DNA of 64,000 nt, taken from assembly GCA_045803545.1 (NCBI GenBank), contig JBJMOW010000004.1, positions 192,001 to 256,000 of the forward strand, written 5' to 3'. The notes under the pieces are model-generated. The model made no database searches, was not told the origin of the DNA, and worked only from the letters and a program-made list of their open reading frames with translations. Each line of letters starts with the position of its first letter. Within the stretch, counting starts at the first letter, position 1. Source of the DNA: Gemmatimonadaceae bacterium (GTDB lineage Bacteria > Gemmatimonadota > Gemmatimonadetes > Gemmatimonadales > Gemmatimonadaceae). A program made the position numbers and the translations under genes. Shown here in pieces: positions 38,539 to 48,097 of the stretch.

Positions 38539-39432
38539 TCATTGCTCAGCCCAGCCATCCAGCATTTTGAACATTTTCACGTCGTAGGGATCGGGCGACG
38601 CATCGTCATCGGCGATGTCGTAATTCTCCTGCGGTGTCTCGAGAATCAGAGGTATGTTGCTGCTGCGGCGGTCCCTCATCAGCCACTCGAAAGGCTCCTT
38701 GCCGATGTGTCCGTCCCCGATGAGAACGTGCCGATCGCGGTTCGAGCCAAGCTCGTTCGCGCTGTCATTGAGATGAAAAAATGAGGGCGGTTCCCCTATG
38801 ATCTGCTCGAACTCGTCCAGGATGTCGGTGAATGCCTGTCGCGAGGCTGTGAGGTCGTATCCGGACGCGAACAGGTGACATGTGTCGAGGCCATATCCTG
38901 TTCGCGAGCGTAGCTGGCCGGGCACGGCGTCGAGAATGTCTTTGATCTCCTGTGCGGTCTTTCCCATCGTCTTGCCCGCGCCGGCAGTGTTCTCGACGAG
39001 CAGTCTCGTCTCCGAATTGATCGTTTTCAACGCCTGGGTGATCGCCTTGCCGATTCGCTTGGCGGAGTCGCTGCGGTCACTCGTGAGAGCAGAACCCGGG
39101 TGAAAGCAAACTGCGCCGACGCCGAGGGCGGTCGAGCGCTCCATCTCCTTGGTGAGTCCGGCACTGGCTCGCGCCCACTTCTCGTCATCGGGCGTCGCGA
39201 CGCTGAGCACGTACGCTGCGTGCACCACTACGTTTGCCGGCTTGATTTTGGTTTTTGCCAGCGCCTCCTTGAAGCGTGTCACCCGCTCCGGCTTAATGGT
39301 GGACTTGTCGCCGTAGAATTTGGGAATCGCGGTAAAGAGCTGCAGCGCGGTCATTCCCGCATTGGCCGCCCTCAATACCGTCATCTGGATGCCACCGTTA
39401 TCGATGGTGTGCGCACCTATGTATTTCGCCAT
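38539..39432 (-). CDS. nfo: Endonuclease IV (AP endonuclease)
   Basis: IGAH, VHAAY, FHPGS, ENTAG, LDTCH, HLNDS, DRH, ILETP. Confidence 0.93.
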   Translation of the reverse strand: MAKYIGAHTIDNGGIQMTVLRAANAGMTALQLFTAIPKFYGDKSTIKPERVTRFKEALAKTKIKPANVVVHAAYVLSVATPDDEKWARASAGLTKEMERSTALGVGAVCFHPGSALTSDRSDSAKRIGKAITQALKTINSETRLLVENTAGAGKTMGKTAQEIKDILDAVPGQLRSRTGYGLDTCHLFASGYDLTASRQAFTDILDEFEQIIGEPPSFFHLNDSANELGSNRDRHVLIGDGHIGKEPFEWLMRDRRSSNIPLILETPQENYDIADDDASPDPYDVKMFKMLDGWAEQ

Positions 39433-39566
39433 GCCGCTTCCCGCTGCAAGTACTCTACCGTACGCATGCCGTGGCTATTGCACGGTCGTGCACAGAGTTT
39501 GATTATAGAATCTTCAGAGTGCGCTCGTTCGTTTATGGAGAGCGGCGCCGTCCGTCCAGCTGGCTG

Positions 39567-40319
39567 ATGAAAAGAATTTTCATACCAATCCTCGCGTTAT
39601 GTCTGTTCGCCGCCTCCGCACAGTCACAGACCGAAGCGCGCACAGATGTCATTTCCGGGCGAGTCACCGATCTTAACGGCCGGCCCGTCGCCGACGCCTT
39701 AGTCGGTGCGACGGCACCGGGCTCGAGCGTTACCCGCACATTCAGCACGGATCAAGACGGTAGATACAAGATCTATTTCCCGGGCACCCCATCGCAGTAC
39801 TCGCTACAGGTCAAGCGAATGGGTTTCGCGCCGGTTCAACGGACCATTACACGGCACACGAGCGAGCCCGAGCACATGACCGTGGACGTCCAGCTCGGCG
39901 GAGCGCCGCTCGCTCTGTCGATGGTGGAGATCGAGGGCAACACCGAGACGCCGCTGCCGCGCGAGGCCGAAAAACACTCTCTCGACGCGACCGTTCCGAA
40001 TCCGATCGCAATAATTCTGGAGATGAAGGACACACTGCACCTGAGCGCCGTTCAGATCGTGCGACTGGGTAGCCTCTCGGATAGCCTGCAGACGAAGAAT
40101 TCGCACATTTACAAGAACATCCGCACCCTGCTTGCCAAATCGCAGGAACAGGGCGATGCGACGCTGATGGCAGGCAGCGTGGCGATGATGCTCGAGGAAG
40201 CATCGCGGAACACCACCACTGCGCTCGTATCAGCCGGCAAGGTGTTGCGACCCGAGCAGTGGGCGATTCTTCCGGCTGATATCCGCGACCGCGAGTCTGA
40301 GAAGTCGGCTAACCAGTAG
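39567..40319 (+). CDS. Secreted protein with carboxypeptidase-regulatory-like domain
   Basis: Signal peptide; ISGRVTD..GRPVADA...TDQDGRY...GF.P. Confidence 0.78.
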   Translation: MKRIFIPILALCLFAASAQSQTEARTDVISGRVTDLNGRPVADALVGATAPGSSVTRTFSTDQDGRYKIYFPGTPSQYSLQVKRMGFAPVQRTITRHTSEPEHMTVDVQLGGAPLALSMVEIEGNTETPLPREAEKHSLDATVPNPIAIILEMKDTLHLSAVQIVRLGSLSDSLQTKNSHIYKNIRTLLAKSQEQGDATLMAGSVAMMLEEASRNTTTALVSAGKVLRPEQWAILPADIRDRESEKSANQ

Positions 40320-40321
40320 GT

Positions 40322-41098
40322 CTACTTCCAGACTCCCTCGCGAAAGCCGACGCGGTCGATCGGCTCACCGTTCCGGGGCGGAGTCTTCCACCACACTGTA
40401 ATCCGGCCGTGATTTAGCGCAACCCACGGCGCGACAGCGGCGACATCATCGGGCGTGACCTGGCCCCGCTGATCGAAGAGATGACCCGTGGAGTGGGACA
40501 GCACGATGCCGATCCTCGGCGTCGTTGAGTTCGGATCCTCGAACACCACCACCACGCTGTCGCCTCGGCCCGCTACACTCGCCGCCGAAGGCGCGCTCCC
40601 GTAAACGACGGGCACTGGCGAGTGAAACATTCCGCCCTTGTCCATCGAGTGCGCGAAGAAAACGCCGGCGCCGTCACTCGCTTCGACGAAATAGACGAGG
40701 TACACGTAGCCGCTGGCCGGATCGTAAGTGATTCCCGGCGCTGGCCGCTGGCAACCACGGCGCCCGGCATCACGCGCATCCACATCTATTGCGGAGTCCC
40801 ATCTAGCGCCTCTATCGGGCGATCGCTGCAAGGACAGAATTACGCTGCTGTCGGAGCGAACCGACCACCAGCTTCTAAACAGCTCGCTCGTGTCACCAGC
40901 GGTTCGTATCGACATCACACATTGCGCGACCGTACCCGTGGTCGTGGGCAGTCCGGCGCTGGCGATCGCGCTGCGCGTGTCCGGATCTCCAAGCTGGGAG
41001 GAGCGGTAGCCGACGTTCCCCCACTCAACCGGCTCGGACACGCAGCCAACAAGAAAGGTCAGAGCGACCACTGGGTACCAGCTGACAGTCTTGCGCAC
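40322..41098 (-). CDS. Lipoprotein with BNR/Asp-box (sialidase-like) repeats
   Basis: LVGC lipobox; SPDRGARW and SMDKGGMF Asp boxes; start trimmed to GTG 41098. Confidence 0.7.
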   Translation of the reverse strand: MRKTVSWYPVVALTFLVGCVSEPVEWGNVGYRSSQLGDPDTRSAIASAGLPTTTGTVAQCVMSIRTAGDTSELFRSWWSVRSDSSVILSLQRSPDRGARWDSAIDVDARDAGRRGCQRPAPGITYDPASGYVYLVYFVEASDGAGVFFAHSMDKGGMFHSPVPVVYGSAPSAASVAGRGDSVVVVFEDPNSTTPRIGIVLSHSTGHLFDQRGQVTPDDVAAVAPWVALNHGRITVWWKTPPRNGEPIDRVGFREGVWK

Positions 41099-41183
41099 GA
41101 CGCAGGTTAGCCCGGAGACATACGCCAGAGAAGCCCGCGCTAAGTATCTTTCGAGCGTAGTCGCCACCTCGAGGAACTTGCAA

Positions 41184-42944
41184 ATGGCTGCCTCCACAGT
41201 CCGACCGAAACGCGGCCCGGCCACTAAAGCCGCCGCTGATAAATCCCAGAAATCGCAGGCGACGAACGATGGTGCGTCGCCGCCAGTTGCCACCGAGCAA
41301 CCGATTCGTACCGCCACCGGCTTCAACGGAAATCGGCGGGTCCCGGCGCCAGTCAACGAGCCGATAAAGAGCTACGCGCCGGGCAGCGCCGAGCGGACCG
41401 CACTAAAGGAGCGGCTCCGCACCATGGCCGGCGAGAGGATCGAGATACCGCTCGTCATCGGCGGCAAAGAGGTCAGCACCGGAGATGTCGTCGATTCGGT
41501 GATGCCGCACAATCATCGACACGTGCTTGGCCAATGGCATCGCGCGCGCCCAGCCGATGTCGATGCCGCAATCAAGGCGGCGTCAGAAGCGGCGAAAGAT
41601 TGGGCCAACTGGTCATGGGAAGATCGCGCCGCAGTTTTTCTCAAGGCCGCCGAGCTGCTGGCGACGACGTGGCGCGCGACGCTCAACGCCGCGACGATGT
41701 TGGGTCAATCGAAGACTGCGTTCCAGGCGGAGATCGACGCGGCATGTGAGCTGATCGACTTCTGGCGCTTCAATCCGTTTTACGCGCAGCAGCTGTACGA
41801 CGAGCAGCCACTGAGCGACCACACGATGTGGAATCAGCTCGATTACCGACCGCTCGAAGGATTCGTCTATGCGGTGACGCCATTCAACTTCACCTCGATC
41901 GCTGGCAACCTGCCGACGGCCCCGGCGTTGATGGGCAACACCGTGATTTGGAAACCGGCGTCGAGCGCGATGATGAGCGCGCACTACATCATGAAGTTGC
42001 TGGAAGAGGCGGGGCTGCCGCCGGGCGTGATCAACTTCGTGGCCGGCGATCCGGCGATGATCTCCGACAAGCTGCTCGCGCATCGCGATTTGGCGGGCGT
42101 CCATTTCACCGGCAGCACGGCTGTGTTCAACAACATGTGGAAGACGATTGGCGCCAGTATGTCGCGCTACAGGTCCTATCCGAGAATCGTCGGTGAAACG
42201 GGCGGCAAGGATTTCATCGTCGCGCACCCGTCAGCGGATCCTGTTGCGCTCTCAGTCGCAATCGCGCGCGGCGGATTCGAGTACCAGGGACAGAAGTGCT
42301 CCGCGGTGAGCAGAGTGTACGTCCCGGAATCGATCTGGCCCGAAGTGCGTGATCGTACCGTCGCGATCATGAAGGAGCTCCGTATGGGCGACGTGACGGA
42401 TTTCCGGAACTTCATGGGTGCGGTTATCGACAAGAAGGCGTTTTCAAAGATTGGCGAGTATCTGGAGCACGGGAGATCGAACGCGAGCGTCGTGTCGGGC
42501 GGAGTCGCACGCGGTGAGCAGGGCTATTTCATCGAGCCGACTTTGATCGAGACCAAGGACCCGGCATTCCGGCTCCTTTGCGAAGAGATCTTTGGTCCGG
42601 TCGTGACAGCGCACGTCTATCCTGACAAGCGCTGGTCGGAGACGCTCAACATCGTCGATCAGACTTCCCCGTATGCACTGACAGGCTCGGTGTTCAGCAC
42701 CGATCGTCGCGCAATTCGCGAGGCGAACCTGGCACTGCGCAACGCCGCCGGAAATTTCTACATCAATGACAAGCCGACGGGTGCGGTAGTCGGCCAGCAG
42801 CCGTTCGGTGGCGCACGCGCTTCGGGCACAAACGACAAGGCCGGGTCCAAGCTCAATCTCGTGCGCTGGATCAGCGCGCGTACGGTCAAGGAGACCTTCT
42901 CGCCTCCGACCGATTATCGATATCCGTTCATGAGCGCGGAGTAA
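41184..42944 (+). CDS. pruA: L-glutamate gamma-semialdehyde (P5C) dehydrogenase
   Basis: ELIDFWRFN, PFNFT, FTGST, GETGGK, QGQKCSA, EEIFGP, QQPFGG.R.SGTNDK; start trimmed to ATG 41184. Confidence 0.95.
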   Translation: MAASTVRPKRGPATKAAADKSQKSQATNDGASPPVATEQPIRTATGFNGNRRVPAPVNEPIKSYAPGSAERTALKERLRTMAGERIEIPLVIGGKEVSTGDVVDSVMPHNHRHVLGQWHRARPADVDAAIKAASEAAKDWANWSWEDRAAVFLKAAELLATTWRATLNAATMLGQSKTAFQAEIDAACELIDFWRFNPFYAQQLYDEQPLSDHTMWNQLDYRPLEGFVYAVTPFNFTSIAGNLPTAPALMGNTVIWKPASSAMMSAHYIMKLLEEAGLPPGVINFVAGDPAMISDKLLAHRDLAGVHFTGSTAVFNNMWKTIGASMSRYRSYPRIVGETGGKDFIVAHPSADPVALSVAIARGGFEYQGQKCSAVSRVYVPESIWPEVRDRTVAIMKELRMGDVTDFRNFMGAVIDKKAFSKIGEYLEHGRSNASVVSGGVARGEQGYFIEPTLIETKDPAFRLLCEEIFGPVVTAHVYPDKRWSETLNIVDQTSPYALTGSVFSTDRRAIREANLALRNAAGNFYINDKPTGAVVGQQPFGGARASGTNDKAGSKLNLVRWISARTVKETFSPPTDYRYPFMSAE

Positions 42945-42974
42945 TCTGTGCGACTGCGAACTGCGCTGATTTTC

Positions 42975-43310
42975 CAGATCTCGGTGCGGTCAGTCGGCGA
43001 GGTGCGGGGCTGTCGGAGCTTCTCGCCCCGCTAACTCGGCGAAATCCGTATGCGTGGCGGTCACAGCTGACGCGGGGCTGCGCGACCTCCGCCAACCCCG
43101 CACCTCGCCTCCTTCCCTCGCTCGCGCGTAAACCCTGCGGCAGCCCGCGCGCCCAAGATTTTGCCACGGCGCAGGTACAGATCTCGATTGGAGAGGCAAG
43201 GGACGTTCCCTGAACTAATTCGCAGACCCGCCCGTTCCAGACCGCCACCCATATGGCTGTCCGACCGTAGCGGGTCGAGTTTTTTTCAGGGAATGTCCCT
43301 TGCCACGACC
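42975..43310 (+). repeat. Structured repeat / ncRNA-like element, copy 1
   Basis: Two long hairpins (42996-43109 and 43195-43304); homologous to 48098-48475 with compensatory changes. Confidence 0.8.
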
Positions 43311-43421
43311 TACCGCTATGTCTAGGAAACGACGATTTCACTGGCACAATGCTTGGGCACGCGAGGACGGCAGTCTGGTCCGCGTGTTGCTCTCTAGGTA
43401 GTCCCGTTTTTTTGCGACGAG

Positions 43422-46076
43422 ATGAGTACCGCTACAGAGCCACTGATCGACGCGGAGCAGTTGGAGGTTTCGCGAATCCGCGCCCTGCGCGGGCCCAACT
43501 ACTGGCGCCTCGCACCGGTCATCGCCTGCGACGTTCAACTCGGCAGCCTGGAGCACGTCAGCTCCGCTGACATCTCCGGATTCTACGAGCGCCTCACGGA
43601 GGCGCTGCCTACGCTCGCCGAGCATCACTGCACGCGACAGGAGCCGGGCGGATTTCTGGAGAGGTTGCGTGAGGGTACGCACCTCCCGCACATCCTCGAG
43701 CACGTTGCGCTGGAGCTGCAGTCGCTCACCGGCAGCGACGTCACCTTCGGGCGAGTTGTTCCTTCCGGTGATCCCCACACATGGTGGGTGATCGTCGCCT
43801 ACGAAGAAGAAGAGGTCGGGCTGCAGAGTATGCGCGACGCGGTGAAAATCATTCGCGCCTGCATCGCCGACCAGCCGATCGACGTCAACTCCATCGTCGA
43901 GCAGCTTCTCTCTCTGTACGAATCGGTTCGGCTCGGCCCATCGACGGCTGCGGTAGTCGAGGAGGCGAAACGACGCGGGATCCCCGTACGCCGTCTCAAC
44001 AACTACTCGCTCGTCCAGCTGGGACTCGGCAAGAATCTCCGGCGCATTCAGGCGACGCTATCGGACTATACGAGTGCGATCGCAGTCGAGATTGCCCAGG
44101 ACAAGGATGATACCAAGCGCGTGCTGGGCAACATCGGATTGCCGGTGCCGAAGGGTGACGTCGCGCGCTCACTCGAGCGTGCGCTGGAAATCGTCGACGA
44201 GGTCGGCTACCCAGTCATCCTGAAGCCGCTCGACGCCAGTCACGGGCGCGGCATTTCCGGTCGCATCGACAACGACGGGGCGCTGACTGAGGCGTGGGAG
44301 GACGCTCGCGAATTCGGCAATCGCATCGTCGTCGAGCAGTACACCGAAGGGCGCGACCATCGCGTGCTGGTCGTTAACGGACGAGTTGTCGCGTGCGCAG
44401 AGAGAATTCCAGCGCGCGTCATCGGAGATGGAACGAGTGCGATCGCTCAATTGATCGAGCGCGAGAACCGTGATCCGCGTCGAGGCGTCGGACATACCAA
44501 GACACTGACCAAGCTGCCGTCCGACTCGCGCACGGTCGCCTTCCTCGCCAAGCAGCAGCTCACGCTGCAATCGGTGCCGGCAAAGGGACAGGAAGTGTGT
44601 TTGCGCGGCACTGCCAATCTCTCTACGGGTGGGACTTCAATCGATCGCACCGACGAGATGCATCCGGATAACATCACTGCGTGTGAGATGGCGGCGGGCA
44701 TCATCGGACTCGACATCGCCGGCATTGATGTTCTGACGCGGGATATCTCCGTTCCATTCCGCGAGAACGGCGCAGTCATCATCGAGGTCAATGCGGGACC
44801 GGGGATCAGGATGCATACGCATCCGACAGAGGGTACGGCGCGAAACGTCGCGGCGCCGATCGTAGACATGCTATATCCGCCCGGCACCAAGGCAACGATT
44901 CCGGTGATTGCGGTCACTGGCACCAACGGCAAGACGACGACCGTTCGTCTCATCGCTCACCTCTTCCGACTCGGCGAGAACGTCGTCGGCTTCACCACCA
45001 CCGACGGCACCTATCTGCAGAACAGGCTCGTGCTCGAGGGTGATATGACCGGCCCGTTCTCCGCCAACATCATTCTGTCGAATCCAACTGTGGACATCGC
45101 CGTGCTCGAGACGGCGCGCGGCGGCCTGCTGCGCGCAGGACTCGGCTTCGACGAAGTCGACGTCGGTGTCGTGCTCAACGTCAGTGCCGATCATCTCGGC
45201 CTCCGGGGCATCAACACCGTCGAGCAACTCGCCGATGTCAAAGCGGTGGTCGCGGCGGTTGTGAAGCGCGAAGGACATGCGGTGCTCAATGCGGACGATC
45301 CGCTCGTATATGCGATGCGCGACCGCACGCCGGGAGATCTTGTTCTTTTCTCCACCAGGCCGGAGGGGGAAAGCGAAGAATTCGAGGATCACCTCTCACG
45401 GAACGGTATCGGCGCCCGGATCGAGAACGACACCTTTGTCATCCGCCGCGGACGGCTTCGTATTCCTATCGCGCCGGTTCGCGAAGTCCCGCTGATGCTC
45501 GGCGGCGCCGCCAGGTTCCAGCAGCAGAACATTCTCGCCGCAATCGCGACGGCGTATGTGCAAGGCATGCGGTACGACGACATTCGAGCGGGCCTGTTGT
45601 CGTTTTTCCCATCGCCGTCGTTGACCCCGGGCCGCCTCAACCTGATGCGAGTGCAGAACGGTCGCGTGCTCGTCGACTACGCTCACAATACCGCAGCGAT
45701 TCGCGGGCTCATGGATTTTGTTCAGTCGATCGACGCGACCCGGCGAATCGCTCTCGTCACCGCTCCGGGTGACCGAAGGGATGAGGATCTACGAGAAGTC
45801 GGGCGCCTCGTAGCGCATCTGGATTACGTGATCGTCAAGGAAGACCAAGAGCGGCGCGGCCGAGCGAAAGGAGACATCGCAGATCTGATCGTGGACGGCC
45901 TGATGGATGGAGGGATGAGAGAGAATCAATACGAGGTCATCTACACTGAGCAGGAGGCAATCCACCACGCGCTCGGCCGCATGAAAGACAACGACCTCGT
46001 GGTCATTCTCGCTGATGACGTCAAAGCCAGCATTGAGTGCGTGCGCAAGTATGCCCCTGAAGGCGCACGTTCGTGA
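43422..46076 (+). CDS. cphA: Cyanophycin synthetase CphA1
   Basis: LRGPNYW; N-domain Cx19HxxEH; LGPST; ATP-grasp (KPLD..HGRG, ANLSTGG, IEVNAGPG); Mur domain (VTGTNGKTT, ETARGG, PGRLN, DYAHN). Confidence 0.97.
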   Translation: MSTATEPLIDAEQLEVSRIRALRGPNYWRLAPVIACDVQLGSLEHVSSADISGFYERLTEALPTLAEHHCTRQEPGGFLERLREGTHLPHILEHVALELQSLTGSDVTFGRVVPSGDPHTWWVIVAYEEEEVGLQSMRDAVKIIRACIADQPIDVNSIVEQLLSLYESVRLGPSTAAVVEEAKRRGIPVRRLNNYSLVQLGLGKNLRRIQATLSDYTSAIAVEIAQDKDDTKRVLGNIGLPVPKGDVARSLERALEIVDEVGYPVILKPLDASHGRGISGRIDNDGALTEAWEDAREFGNRIVVEQYTEGRDHRVLVVNGRVVACAERIPARVIGDGTSAIAQLIERENRDPRRGVGHTKTLTKLPSDSRTVAFLAKQQLTLQSVPAKGQEVCLRGTANLSTGGTSIDRTDEMHPDNITACEMAAGIIGLDIAGIDVLTRDISVPFRENGAVIIEVNAGPGIRMHTHPTEGTARNVAAPIVDMLYPPGTKATIPVIAVTGTNGKTTTVRLIAHLFRLGENVVGFTTTDGTYLQNRLVLEGDMTGPFSANIILSNPTVDIAVLETARGGLLRAGLGFDEVDVGVVLNVSADHLGLRGINTVEQLADVKAVVAAVVKREGHAVLNADDPLVYAMRDRTPGDLVLFSTRPEGESEEFEDHLSRNGIGARIENDTFVIRRGRLRIPIAPVREVPLMLGGAARFQQQNILAAIATAYVQGMRYDDIRAGLLSFFPSPSLTPGRLNLMRVQNGRVLVDYAHNTAAIRGLMDFVQSIDATRRIALVTAPGDRRDEDLREVGRLVAHLDYVIVKEDQERRGRAKGDIADLIVDGLMDGGMRENQYEVIYTEQEAIHHALGRMKDNDLVVILADDVKASIECVRKYAPEGARS

Positions 46077-47185
46077 GCGGCGGTCGTTTCCCCGATCCAA
46101 AATCCGAGATCAGGATGACGACACTCCACGCCACGCGCGGAGCGAATTACTGGTCGCGGTTGTCGGTCATCCGCATGGATCTCAGCATCGGTGCATACGA
46201 GGAGATTTCTTCGGCTGACGTACCGGGTTTCACCCAATCGCTGGTGGCAACGATGCCCGGTTTGCGCGATCACCGGTGCAGCATCGGCGAGCCGGGTGGA
46301 TTCCTGATTCGACTCAAGCGCGGCACCTATTGCGCACACATCGTCGAGCACGTCGCGCTCGAGCTACAGGGGATGATCGGTTACGACGTGGGTTACGGCC
46401 GCACACGTGGTGGGGACAAAGTTGGCGATTACACGCTTATCTTCGAGCACGAGCACGAGGCAGTGGGAATGCGCGCTGCCGCGCTGGCACTGGAGATCGT
46501 GCAAGCGGCGTTCGCCGGCACGCTCAAATCAGTAGATCATGCCGTCGCCGAACTGGAAGCATTGTCGAAGACGCCCAAGACCCCGGCGCTCATTCAACAC
46601 GTGTTATGTGGCATTACGGGCGGCAGTTATCGGGATGAAACGAGAAGTGAGCTGGTGCGCCTCGGCTTCGGCAACGGGGAGCTGATCGTTGACGTCTCGC
46701 CCGCGTATGTCTTGCAGCAGGGACTCCCCTATTCGCGCGCTGACATCGGAATCATACTCGACTCTCATCTCACCGATGTTCCCGAGCGATACCAGGTGCA
46801 ACGACGCGCCGACCGATTGGTGTCGGTTCTTGCGGACGCGGTGCCTGAAGATGGCATCGTGATCGTTCCAGCAAAGAACTGGGAAGTGCAGGATCTCGTC
46901 CGGGATGCTGGCTGCCGCGTCGCAATTTTTGCAATCGATGGCGATGTCACGGCCCGTGACAAGAAAGTCGCACGTGCTTGCGCCACAGTCGAAGGGCGCC
47001 GGATCATGATCGAGCAGCTGGATACGGTGGTTGAGGGAGGCTGGCTCCACGACCGGGCGCCCGTCGCAGCTCAAGTCGCGGCGGCTCTTGCTGCGTTTAC
47101 GCTGAACGAGTTCGAGCCGGTCGCCGCTCAGCGGACAGACGGATCGCGACGCTCGTCGTTAGATGAGCGCGTGGGAGGTCCCTGA
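46073..47185 (+). CDS. CphA N-domain protein fused to a degenerate Mur-like remnant (no ATP-grasp domain)
   Basis: RGANYWS, HRCSIGEPGGF...CAHIVEHVALELQ; then LCGITGGS in place of the VTGTNGKT P-loop; GTGA overlap with cphA. Confidence 0.85.
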   Translation: MSGGRFPDPKSEIRMTTLHATRGANYWSRLSVIRMDLSIGAYEEISSADVPGFTQSLVATMPGLRDHRCSIGEPGGFLIRLKRGTYCAHIVEHVALELQGMIGYDVGYGRTRGGDKVGDYTLIFEHEHEAVGMRAAALALEIVQAAFAGTLKSVDHAVAELEALSKTPKTPALIQHVLCGITGGSYRDETRSELVRLGFGNGELIVDVSPAYVLQQGLPYSRADIGIILDSHLTDVPERYQVQRRADRLVSVLADAVPEDGIVIVPAKNWEVQDLVRDAGCRVAIFAIDGDVTARDKKVARACATVEGRRIMIEQLDTVVEGGWLHDRAPVAAQVAAALAAFTLNEFEPVAAQRTDGSRRSSLDERVGGP

Positions 47186-48084
47186 TTACAGAAGCGACTA
47201 ACTCGAACGGACGCGCGCGTCGTCGGCTTCGCGACGCCAGAGGAAGTCTCATACTCATTGGCGGCGGCACTACCGCCACCGGCGCAGCACTCGGCGCCTT
47301 CATCGAGATGACCGGCGCCAGAGAAGGCGCTTCAATCGTCGGATTTACGACGGCATCGAGTCAAGTGAGCGTTGCTCGCGAAATGTGGCTGGCAGATCTG
47401 TCACAGGCTGGCGCCACCAACGCTTCGATTCCCATCGTCGGCGCGCGGGAGCACGCGTCGGATCCCCGGATCATCGACGAGGTTCGCAAGGCGAAGGGAG
47501 TTTTTCTTGGTGGGGGCGATCAGGTGAAGCTGGTGTCATGCCTGAGCGGAACTCCGCTCGAGGAGGCCATTCGTGATGCGTATCTCGATGGCGCCATCAT
47601 TTGCGGCAGCAGCGCCGGCGCCGCGGCGCTGACCAAGACGACACTCGCCGGCAACGAAGTCGATGAAGAGGGAAAGCTCGTCGAACAGTACATCGGCCCT
47701 GGGCTCGGCCTCCTCGGCTATCATACTCTGGTCGACACGCACTTCACTCAGCGTCGCCGGCTTTATCGTCTCTTTGTGGCGATTGCGGAATTTCCGGCAT
47801 TGATGGGACTTGGCATCGACGAAGACACCGCACTAATCGTGAAGCGCGAGATCGGCACTGTCGTCGGAAAGGGCGGAGTGACGTTCGTCGACGGCAGCAG
47901 TGTTCGCTTCAACAACGCCAGCGACGTGACGAAAGGGCCCGAACTGACCATCAGCGCTTTGCGCGTCGGCATCGTCGGAACGGGGCAGCAGTTCAACCTG
48001 CGCAAGCGCGAAGTCGTCGCGCTCCTCTCCCCGCCCGCCGCGCACGAAGTCCAATCGCGCGTCACCTCCGGCCGAGAGACTTAG
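47185..48084 (+). CDS. cphB: Cyanophycinase (S51 peptidase); probable non-AUG start
   Basis: In-frame GSLILIGGG lies upstream of the first ATG (47308); GGDQ, GSSAGA (Ser), DTHF (His), GIDEDT (Glu). Confidence 0.88.
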   Translation: MTEATNSNGRARRRLRDARGSLILIGGGTTATGAALGAFIEMTGAREGASIVGFTTASSQVSVAREMWLADLSQAGATNASIPIVGAREHASDPRIIDEVRKAKGVFLGGGDQVKLVSCLSGTPLEEAIRDAYLDGAIICGSSAGAAALTKTTLAGNEVDEEGKLVEQYIGPGLGLLGYHTLVDTHFTQRRRLYRLFVAIAEFPALMGLGIDEDTALIVKREIGTVVGKGGVTFVDGSSVRFNNASDVTKGPELTISALRVGIVGTGQQFNLRKREVVALLSPPAAHEVQSRVTSGRET

Positions 48085-48097
48085 CTTCGGTTCCGTC

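Noticed and set aside
42928..43347. Short ORFs within the structured elements (e.g. 42928-43347, 42990-43199, 48113-48328, 48364-48582)
   Set aside because: Reading frames are not conserved between the two copies, whereas base pairing is.
46073..47185. Calling this gene cphA2 or a cphA pseudogene
   Set aside because: It lacks the ATP-grasp domain that CphA2 retains. It is an uninterrupted, strongly diverged ORF coupled to both neighbours with an intact metal-site motif, which does not look like recent decay.
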